Under the pieces are notes generated by a model that worked only from the letters and a program-made list of their open reading frames with translations, had not been told where the DNA came from and did no database searches. 12,799 nucleotides of DNA from Paecilomyces variotii (lineage: Eukaryota), in the NCBI GenBank assembly GCA_004022145.1, contig RCNU01000055.1. One strand, 5' to 3'. The position numbers and the translations under genes were made by a program. Positions 1 through 10,314 of this stretch are shown here, one piece after another (position 1 is the first letter of the stretch; each line of letters begins with the position of its first letter).

Positions 1-60
1 AGCCTAGGTTTATAATAATTTAGGAGAAATAGCTATATAGTAAAAACTATTTTATTTTAA

Positions 61-65
61 ATATT
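61..65. repeat. Left 5-bp target-site duplication ATATT of copy A
   Basis: Identical to 5367-5371; 5 bp is the usual copia TSD length. Confidence 0.85.
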
Positions 66-338
66 AGTTGAAAAGAATAGGTTTAGATAGAATTCCTAGA
101 CTAATCTAATAGCTTAAAAGGCTAATAATACTTAGGAAAAAAGAGTATTAGCATATATAGTGGATATAAAGTATATCTATATATTCTTACTTAGGGCAAT
201 AGATTTTTTATAAAGGCCTAGGAAATAATTTTTTTAAACTACCTAATTTTATTATAGTAAAATTATTCTTAAAGATTTTTTTAGAGCAAAATCTTAGTTA
301 TATAAGAAACTGCTAGTCCTAACTATTATTTTATAATA
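66..338 (-). repeat. 3' LTR of copy A (273 bp)
   Basis: Direct repeat of 5094-5366 (agttgaaaagaataggttt...gctagtcctaactattattttataata), differing almost only by transitions; bordered internally by the PPT. Confidence 0.95.
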
Positions 339-348
339 CTCCTCTTTA
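339..348 (-). promoter_or_regulatory. Polypurine tract of copy A
   Basis: ctcctcttt (minus strand aaagaggag) abuts the 3' LTR. Confidence 0.8.
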
Positions 349-3300
349 GTTTAGATTTACTAGGTTAGTTAATCTTAATTAATTTAAAAATCTTAGAAAG
401 TTTATCTTTAGTAATAGTTTAATAAAACTATCCGCTATTATATTCTATATTCTAATAAACTTAATACTAATCTTATTTTTTTAATATAAGTTATATATAT
501 AATAATATATAATATTAATATACTTTAACCTCTTATAAATATAGGCATCTCTAATTAATAATAATAATACTTAGTTATTTTTATAGATCTTAACTAAAGA
601 ACTAATAATAAAAGCTTACTCTTCCCTTATTATTAGTTTAAATTTATTTAGATTAATATAATATTTATATTCTATATCTCTTAAAAGAAGGGCTAATTAT
701 TAGAATTACTTTATTGCTTAATATATAGCTATATATTTAGCCTTTATAGTTAAAATTATAACAAACTTTTATTTTTTATTTAATTAGCTTATTAGGCTGC
801 TAGTTAAAATAAAAATATTCCCTAAGATTAATATTTAATTAGTCTTATCTATTATATAATCTAAGTTTAAGTACTTAATAAGTTACTAGTCTCAGTTTAT
901 ATTAAACTTAAGACTAAGGTATATAGTTAATTATAGGTATCTTATAAGAGACTTTAATATCTTAAAATGCCTTTTAAATAGATTTAATAGATATTAACTT
1001 AATCTGCCTATTATAAATATAATATCTAATTTTATTAAAATTATTAAATAGATTAAGCTATTAATAATCTTTTAATACTCTTTCTAGTCTATTTTTTTAT
1101 TTTAAGGGCTAAATAGTTTTAGAGAGTTATATCTATTTAATAAGATATTAACTAGATATATTTTCTCTTTGCTTATTTTATATTATAATAAGAGTTTCTT
1201 AATATAGTAAGATTAGTCTATTATTAATATTTAGTCTTTTTTATTCTAGGTAATCTAAATACTAAGAATCTTTTTTATTTCTCCTAGGTCCTTTATCTTA
1301 TATATTAATCTAAACTCTTATTTAAACTAATAAATATTCTCTATTTATTTTATATTAATTAAAATATTATTAATATATATTAAGAGTAAGATTCTTTTCT
1401 TTAAGTATTATAATAAGCACAGATTAATATTAGTCTATATAAAGCCTATTTTTTAGAGTGTTTTTATATAAATTTAATTTTAATCTCTTATAGTTTACTT
1501 TAGACTATATAAAGATTAAAGAACTTTTAATACTATTTCTAATAATATATTTATTCTTAATAAAGATACTATATAAATCTCCTCCTTTAATATTAATTTT
1601 ATAAAGGCATTATTAATATCTATAATATAGCACTTATAATCCTCTATTATAATAATAGCTAGGAATATTTATAGTATATTATATTATAAGATAGGAGTAA
1701 AGGTATACTTAAAATTAATACTATATTTCTAAGTAAACCTTTAGGTAATAAGGCATATCTTAAGCTTTTAAAGGGAATTATCTAAATTATGCTTTATAAC
1801 TAATACTTAATAGCTAATTATAATATTAGCTTTTAATAGTAGTATAATTACTTTAAAAGTTCTATTTATTTAAAATATATCTATTTTAGCTTTAAATATA
1901 TTCTGCTATAATTTATCTTAAGTAAGATTATTAATTATAGTATAATATAAGTTTAAGATTAGAATATACTCTTTTACTATATATACTATTATTATAGCAT
2001 TTAATACTTATTCTATATACTTCTCTTAATCTATATTAATACCTAGAGATAGGAGATTTAATATAAGTATTGCTTAATATAACTTCTTAATATCTTATTT
2101 ATTATTTAGTAACTTAATTTCCTCTCTCTTATACTTTACTATATAGAGGATCTCTATATAAAATATAATTTATCTACTTAACAGGGATAAAGAGTTTATC
2201 TATAAGTCTTTATAATTATTTAAATTATTAGAATAAAGATAATTAGGTATTTTTTTTATTTTGTAATTTTATTATAATAAGATATTTTAATTTCCTTTTA
2301 ATAAAAAACTTCTTTTTTTTTTAAGGAAAAACTAAAACTTTTTTATAACTCTTTTCCTAATTTTTAATATTATTCTTCTTTTTATTTAAGAGTATATATA
2401 TATATCTAAGGTAATAGGTTAAGTTACCAGTTAATCTTTTAAATTTTTTATTAGTACTATATTTAGCAATAATCTTTAAGAAATCTTAAGGTTTAGGTCT
2501 CCTCCTAATCTATTTTTAAAAAACTTAGCTTAATAAATTTTAATAGTCTTTTTTATATTTAAAGCCTAAATTTTTTATTATTTATTTATTTCCTTAATAT
2601 ATCTTATAAAAATATAGATCTTACCTTAATCTATTAATTTATCTCTTTATATACCTTGCAGTAGAGATTCTGGGTTTATATATAATATTGCTTAATATCC
2701 CTATACTTTTAAATAATTAATTAATAGCTTAACTCTAATAAAGGTTTTTTTAAAGATATTTAAACCCTATTAACTATTAGTCTATTTAATACTTTATTTC
2801 TAATATATATATTAATTTAAGCTATCTCTACCTATAATTTAACTAGAAGGTTTAAATTTTTAAATATAGTTTTTATTCTTTTCTTAATAGTCTAATATAC
2901 TTGTTCTATAGCTTTATTCTATATTAATATATATAGAACTATTAATTTATAATAAGTACTAAATTATTTCTTTTAAGTCTTAAAAAGATTTTTAAGTTCT
3001 AATATATTATCTAATTATATACTAAGAATTTAGAGACTTATTGCTATTTTAATCTCCTTTTTCTATTTATATAAGATAGGGGCAGTATTAGATTTAGCTC
3101 TTATTAAAAATATCTATATTTTCCTTAAGAAATTATTTATAATTATTAAAAAGTAAATATATTTATCCTTAAACTCTAGCATTTAACTATATATATCTAT
3201 ATAAATAAGTTTAAGAATACTAGTCTTCTATATACTAATAGTCCCTCTCTTATTTCTAATATTAACTATAGTATATATTATATATTAATAGTCTATTACT

Positions 3301-4885
3301 ATTTTAATAGGTTTTTTTAGTATAGTTAAGTTATATAAATTTCTAACTTTTTTAGGTTTAAAATAGCTAATTCTCTTATATTATAGTTAATACTCCTTCT
3401 TAATTTTATTTTAATAAAATAAGGGAGTAATTTTATTTTAAAGAAATCCTTCCTTTTAGTTTATAACTATAATATTAAAGATATTTTTAACAGGTAATAA
3501 TATAATAGGTATATATTGTAACTTTAGTATTTAATCTAAGAAGACTCTCTTAATAATATAGACTCTATATTTAATAATACCTTAAATTATAACTTTATTT
3601 AATTTATTTAATATAGATATTATTTTTTTATTAAAATACCTATGTATATTTAATTACTAGCAGAATATCTTAGTTAATAAGAGATTTATCCTAAGGTTTA
3701 GTATAAGTAATGTATTTTCTAAATCTAACCTCTTCTTATTCTTATCTCTTAAAATAGCTGTCCTTATATATTCTAAATATAAGATCCCTCTACTTATATA
3801 GATATATCTTTATTAAATTTAAATTAATAATCTTTTAAAGTAATAGTTCTTATTAATTATATATAAACTAATATTACTATTTATATACTATTAAGATAAA
3901 TTCTTACTAGTAATATCTTTTAAAAGGTAAATAATCTTATATAAGACTTAGTTATTAAAAGTAACTAAAGTTGAGGATTTTAATTAAGATTAGCTCTTCC
4001 TAGAATCTAAGGTTTTTTCTATCTTATATATTCTATGCTTTCTATCTTTTAATCTCTTACTTTTTAAAGATTAAACCTCCTTATAAAGTTTAATAATTAA
4101 GTCTATTATCTTTTTATCCTAGATAATAGGACTATTAAATATTTATTTAAAAGACTCCTTTCTTTATTTTTAGCTATCTCTTATATTTTTCTAAGTAATA
4201 AATAAAAATAGATAGTTTTTAATATAATAATCTTTCTTATAGATATAATATTTAATTAGGGTTTATCTATTCTTAGTAAAGAATATAATAATTAGCTTTA
4301 TCTAGAGTTAAGCTTTTGCCTCCTTTAAAATGCTTAGGATTTTATCTATATTTAGGCTTATTTATATATTAATTGCTATTCTAGTAATAGTATATTCTTT
4401 AGGCAAGGCTAAGAGTAATTATTAAATCTTAGCTTTAGGTTTAGCTAAAGAAAATATATTCTTATTATATGCTTTAATTTTCTTCCCTATTAAGTCTAGT
4501 TATCCCTAAGTATTTAAAATTATCTGTTTAAAGATTATCTAAAATTACATATATTATTAGATAAGTTAATATTTTTAGGTAGGAAGAGATTATTTATATT
4601 TTATTTATAATCTCTTCTATAGATTCTCTATGCTAAATAAATTTATAAAATTTTCTTAGTTACTATTTAAGAGGCATTTAATAATTTAATATTATATAAT
4701 TGCGTTAATCTTTTTAAATATTTTCTTATCCTAGCTTTTTTTTTTTTAAATAATTTAATAGTATCCTAGCAATTTTTGCTAAAGAGCTATTTTTTTATAT
4801 ATAAAAACTATATCTTATAGTTCTCTCTTAAAAAGGTAAAAACTAGTTTTTTCTTCTTATTATTTTTATCTTTTATTAAAGATAT
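346..4885 (-). pseudogene. Copia gag-pol polyprotein pseudogene (copy A), many RIP-generated stops
   Basis: Mirror image of 5507-10031: zinc knuckle ~4210-4250, protease ~3875, integrase ~2600-3385, RT YVDD relic (tat att aat aat) 1366-1377, RNase H ~350-880. Ends are approximate. Confidence 0.9.
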
Positions 4886-5079
4886 AATAATAATAGGTTA
4901 ATCTTCTAACCTTTAATAAGATTTAACTCTTATTAGGTTTAGTGCCTAATATAATACTAGAGCAGTTTTATTACAGATCTTTTTATATAAGAATAGCTTA
5001 TTACTGCTAGTTTAAACTTAAAATATTTAAGGTAAAATAGTTTTTGCTATATAGCTATTTTTCCTAAATTATTATAAAC

Positions 5080-5093
5080 TTAGGCTTATAACT
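5080..5093 (-). promoter_or_regulatory. Primer-binding site relic (ancestral GGTTATGAGCCC, complementary to the tRNAiMet anticodon arm)
   Basis: Minus strand reads agttataagcctaa directly after the LTR and converts to GGTTATGAGCCC by transitions only. Copy B shows the tail agcctagg at 1-8. Confidence 0.8.
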
Positions 5094-5366
5094 AGTTAAA
5101 AAGAATAGGTTTAAATAGAATTCCTAGACTAATCTAATAGCTTAAAAGGCTAATAATATTTAGGGAGAAAGAGTATTAGTATATATAGTAGATATAAAAT
5201 ATGTTTATATATTTTTATTTAGAGCAATAGATTTTTTTTAAAGGCCTAGAAAATAATTTCTTTAAGCTGCCCGATTTTATTATAATAAAATTATTCTTAA
5301 AGATTTTCTTAAAGCGAAATCTTAATTATACAGGAAACTGCTAGTCCTAACTGCTATTTTATAATA
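5094..5366 (-). repeat. 5' LTR of copy A (273 bp)
   Basis: Direct repeat of 66-338, followed on the minus strand by the PBS relic agttataagcct. Confidence 0.95.
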
Positions 5367-5371
5367 ATATT
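5367..5371. repeat. Right 5-bp target-site duplication ATATT of copy A
   Basis: Identical to 61-65. Joining the flanks restores ttaaATATTtaagtttaaac, matching copy A's own uninterrupted leader apart from one T. Confidence 0.85.
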
Positions 5372-5506
5372 TAAGTTTAAACTAGTAATAATAAGCTATT
5401 TTTATATAAGAGAACTTATAATAAGACTACTCTAGTATTATATTAAGTATTAAATTTAATAGAGGTTAAATTCTATTAAAGATTAAAATATTAACTTATT
5501 ATTATT

Positions 5507-8500
5507 ATATCCTTAATAAATAGTATTAAAAATAAAAAAAGGAAACTTATTTTTATTCTTTTAAAGGAGAATTATAAGAAATAGTTTATTTATATAAAAA
5601 GATAATTTATTAATAAAGATTACTAAAAAGCTATTAAATTTATTAAAAAACTATATAATAATTAGTTTAATAAGGCTAATATAGTTATTTAATATTAGAT
5701 TATTAAATATTTATCTAAAGATAATTAAAATAGATTTATTAATTCTAATAATATATATATATTATAAAAGACTCTATAAGTAAAATATATAAAAACTCTC
5801 CTTAATTAAAAGTATTAATTTATTTAATTATTTATATACTTTTAAATAATTTCTAAATAAATAATCTTAGATATTTAAAGTTAATTATAATAGATAAGAA
5901 AGAGAATTATAATATTTAATAGTATAATATTTTTTTTAGCTAAGCTTAAGGCTAAAATATAATAACTATTTTTAATATTATTTAAAAAATATATTATAAT
6001 TAGAATAGTAATTAATATATATAAAAATCTAAAGGTAAATAATATTTTAGCTATCTTAAAAGAAATAAAGACTTAACTTTAAGTAAAATTAACTACTATA
6101 TTCTTAGTAAAGAATAAATAAACTCTTATTAAATATTATACTTATAAGGAAAATTATTATATTAAAAATTACCCTTTCTTATTTATTATTTAGAGAAGTA
6201 TAAGAAATAATTAAAGATAAAAAAAGAAATCTCTTAAATAAATATTTAATAATCTTATAATTTAAGATAAGATAATAATAGAGATAATTAATAAAATCTA
6301 TAAAGAGATTTAATCTTTAAAAAATAAAAGATTAAAAAATAAAAAGCAGAGAATATATAATATAAAAGAAACTTTAGATATTAAGAAAAGCTAATCTTAA
6401 TTAAAATTCTTAGCCTTAATTATCTTTAATAACTAAGTTTTATATAAGATTACTTATCTTTTAAAAGATATTACTAATAAGAATTTATCTTAATAATATA
6501 TAGATAATAATATTAGTTTATATATAATTAATAAAAACTACTATTTTAAAGGATTATTAATTTAAATTTAATAGAGATATATTTATATAAGCAGAGAGAT
6601 CTTATATTTAAAATATATAAGAATAGCTATTTTAAAAGATAAGAATAAAAAAGTATTAGACTTAGAAAATATATTACTTATATTAAATCTTAGAGTAAAT
6701 CTCTTATTAATTAAGATATTCTATTAATAGTTAAATATATATAAGTATTTTAATAAAAAAATAATATCTATATTAAATAAGTTAGATAAAATTATAATTT
6801 AAGATATTATTAAATATAGAGTTTATATTATTAAGAGAGTTTTCTTAGACTAAATACTTAAGTTATAATATATACTTATTATACTATTTTTTATTAAAAA
6901 TACTTTTAATACTATAATTATAGATTAAGAAAAAGGATTTTATTAAAATAAAAATTAAAAAGAATATTAATTATAATATAAGAGAATTAGCTATTTTAAA
7001 CTTAAAAAGGTTAAAAACTTATATAATTTAATTATATTAAAGAAACTTATTAAAGTAATAATAGATTATTAGTATATAATATATATTATAACTAATATTA
7101 GAAATAAGAGAGAGATTATTAATATATAAAAAACTAATATCTTTAAACTTATCTATATAAATATATATAGTTAAATACTAAAATTTAAAAATAAATATAT
7201 TTATTTCTTAATAATTATAGATAATTTTTTAAGAAAAATATAAATATTTCTAATAAGAGCTAAATCTAATATTGCCCTTATCTTAAATAAATAGAAAAAG
7301 GAGATTAAGATAATAATAAGTCTTTAAATTCTTAATATATAATTAGATAATATATTAAAATTTAAGAACCTTTTTAAGATTTAGAGGAAATAGTTTAATA
7401 TATATTATAAACTAATAGTTTTATATATATTAATATAAAATAAAGCTATAAAATAAGTATATTAAATTATTAAGAAAGAAATAAGAGCTATACTTAAAAA
7501 TTTAAACCTTTTAGTTAAATTATAGGTAGAGATAATTTAAACTAATATATATATTAGAAATAAAGTATTAAACAGACTAATAGTTAATAGGGTTTAAATA
7601 TTTTTAGAGGAAGCTTTTATTAGAGTTAAGCTATTAATTAATTATTTAAAAATATAGGGATATTAAGTAATATTATATATAAATCTAAAATCTTTACTAT
7701 AAAATATATAAAAAGATAAGTTAATAAATTAAGGCAGAATCTATATTTTTATAAAATATATTAAAGAAATAAATAAATAATAAAAAGTTTAAGCTTTAAA
7801 TATAAAAAAGACTATTAAGATTTATTAAGCTAAGTTTTTTAAAAATAAATTAGAAAAAAATCTAGATCTTAAGATTTCTTAAAAATTATTATTAAATATA
7901 ATATTAATAAAGAATTTAAGAGATTAACTAGTAACCTAGCCTATTATCTTAGATATATATATATTCTTAAGTAAAAAAAAGAATAATATTAGAAATAAAG
8001 AAAAAAGCTATAAAAAAGTTCTAGTTTTTTTTTTAAAAGAAAAAAGAAATATTCTATTAAAAAGAAATTAAAATATTTTCTTAAAAAAAAGTTTTTTATT
8101 ATAATAAAATTATAAAATAAAAGAAAATATTTAATTATCTTTACTTTAATAATTTAAATAATTATAAGAATTTATAGATAAACCCCTTATTCTTACTAAG
8201 TAAATAAGTTATATCTTATATAAAGATCTTCTATATAGTAAAATATAAGAAGGAGAAAATTAAGTTATTAGATAATAAATAAGATGCTAAAAAATTATAT
8301 TAAGTAATATTTATATTAAATCTTTTACCTTTAGGTATTAATATAGATTAAAAGAAATATATAGAATAAGTATTAAATACTATAATAATAATATATATAA
8401 TAAAGGAGTATATTTTAATCTTAAATTTATATTATACTATAATTAATAATCTTATTTAAGGTAAATTATAATAAAGTATATTTAAAGCTAAAATAAATAT

Positions 8501-10031
8501 ATTCTAAGTAAATAAAACTTTTAAAATAATTATATTATTATTAAAAATTAATATTATAACTAGCTATTAGGTATTAGTAGTAAAATATAATCTAGATAAT
8601 TTTCTTTAAAAGCTTAAGGTATATCTTATTATTTAAGAGTTTACTTAGAAATATAGTATTAATTTTAAGTATACCTTTACTCTTATCTTATAATATAATA
8701 TATTATAAGTATTTTTAGCTATTATTATAATAGAGAATTATAAGTATTATATTATAAATATTAATAATACCTTTATAAAATTAATATTAAAGGAGAAAAT
8801 TTATATAATATCTTTATTAGAAATAAATATATTATTAAAAATAATATTAAAAGTTTTTTAATCTCTATATAATTTAAAGTAAGCTATAAGAGATTAAAAT
8901 TAAACTTATATAGAAATATTTTAGAAAATAAGTTTTATATAAATTAATATTAATCTATACTTATTATAGTATTTAAAGAAAGAGATTTTATTTTTAATAT
9001 ATATTAATAATATCCTAATTAATATAAAGTAAATAAAGAGTATTTATTAGTTTAAATAAGAGTTTAAATTAGTATATAAGATAAAGAATCTAGGAGAAAT
9101 AAAAAAGATTCTTAGTATTTAAATTATTTAAAATAAGTAAGACTAAATATTAATAATAGATTAATCTTATTATACTAAAGAACTCTTATTATAATATAGA
9201 ATAAGTAAAGAGAAAGTATATCTAGTTAGTATCTTATTAAATAGATATAACTTTTTAAAATTATTTAGCTCTTAAAATAAAAAAGTAAATTAAAGAGAAT
9301 ATTAGAGAATTATTAATAGCTTAATTTATTTAATAATTTTAATAAGACTAGATATTATATTTATAATAGGTAGATTAAGTTAATATCTATTAAATTTATT
9401 TAAAAAGCATTTTAAGATATTAAAGTCTTTTATAAGATATTTATAATTAATTATATATCTTAATTTTAAGTTTAATATAAATTAAGACTAGTAATTTATT
9501 AAGTATTTAAATTTAGATTATATAATAGATAAAACTAATTAAATATTAATCTTAAGGAATATTTTTATTTTAGCTAATAGCTTAGTAAGCTAATTAAGTA
9601 AGAAATAAAAGTCTATTATAACTTTAACTATAAAGGCTAAATATATAGCTATATATTAAGCTATAAAGTAGTCTTAGTAATTAGCCCTTTTTTTAAGAGA
9701 TATAGGATATAAATACTATATTAATTTAAATAAATTTAAGCTAATAGTAAAAAAAGAATAAGCTTTTATTATTAGTTCTCTAGTTAAGATTTATAGAGAT
9801 AATTAAATATTACTATTATTAATTAGAGATATTTATATTTATAAGAGATTAAAGCATATTAATATTATATATTACTATATATATAACTTATATTAAAGAA
9901 ATAAGATTAATATTAAGTTTATTAGAATATAAGATATAATAGTAAATAGTTTTATTAAACTATTATTAAAAGCAGACTTTTTAAAATTTTTAAGTTAATT
10001 AAGATTAATTAACTTAATAAGTTTAAACTAA
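5507..10031 (+). pseudogene. Copia gag-pol polyprotein pseudogene (copy B), many RIP-generated stops
   Basis: De-RIP reading of codons: probable start ata(ATG)tcc at 5507; gag ENY..WF motif ~5567-5590; zinc knuckle CxxCxxxHxxxxC 6134-6172; protease D-S-G relic 6503-6511; integrase IHxDxCG ~7151-7171, YFLIIIDD ~7200-7225, LDN ~7343-7351; RT KARLVAQGFTQ..GIDF..TFAP ~8617-8685, DVNNAF ~8757-8775, YVDD 9000-9011, RPDI ~9346; RNase H DSDY ~9510, W.SKKQ..V.TST.EAEY ~9590-9645, RSKHIDI ~9846-9867, ADGFTKPL ~9942-9966. Ends are approximate. Confidence 0.9.
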
Positions 10032-10038
10032 GGAAAAG
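10030..10038 (+). promoter_or_regulatory. Polypurine tract of copy B
   Basis: aaggaaaag abuts the LTR start at 10039 and mirrors 339-347. Confidence 0.8.
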
Positions 10039-10314
10039 TATTATAAAATAATAGTTAGAATTAGCAGTTTTTAATATAATAAAAGTTTTATTTTAAAGAA
10101 GTCTTTAATAATAATTTTATTTTAGTAAAATTAAGCAGCTTAAAGAAACTATTTTTTAAGCTTTATATAAAAATTTATTACCTTAATTAAGAAAATATAG
10201 ATATATATTTTATATCTACTATATATATTAATATTCTTTTTCCCTAAGTATTATTAGCCCTTTAAGCTATTAAATTAGTCTAGGGAATTTTATTTAAACC
10301 TATTCTTTTTAACT
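10039..10314 (+). repeat. 3' LTR of copy B (276 bp)
   Basis: Reverse complement of the two copy-A LTRs (tattataaaataatagttag...aaacctattctttttaact), preceded by a purine tract; carries several transversions relative to A. Confidence 0.93.

Larger units (their letters stand above)
66..5366 (-). mobile_element. Full-length Ty1/copia LTR retrotransposon (nested copy A), RIP-inactivated
   Basis: Direct 273-bp LTRs at 66-338 and 5094-5366, ATATT duplicated at 61-65 and 5367-5371, PBS relic beside the right LTR, PPT beside the left LTR, and degenerate gag-PR-IN-RT-RH on the minus strand (IN before RT is copia order). Confidence 0.95.
1..10314 (+). mobile_element. Host Ty1/copia element (copy B, same family), interrupted at 61-65 by copy A; present as 1-65 plus 5367-10314, with its 5' LTR outside the window
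   Basis: 1-65 matches the reverse complement of copy A's leader (~5023-5086). 5367 onward continues the same leader (reverse complement of ~5026 downward), then gag-pol relic, PPT and LTR 10039-10314. Confidence 0.93.

Noticed and set aside
5094..5366. One LTR shared by two head-to-head elements
   Set aside because: Its orientation fits only copy A; copy B's PBS tail and leader are at 1-65.
1..10314. DNA transposon with long terminal inverted repeats, or a fold-back assembly artefact
   Set aside because: The arms encode copia domains with LTR, PBS, PPT and TSD and differ by transversions and indels; nested insertion explains both junctions.
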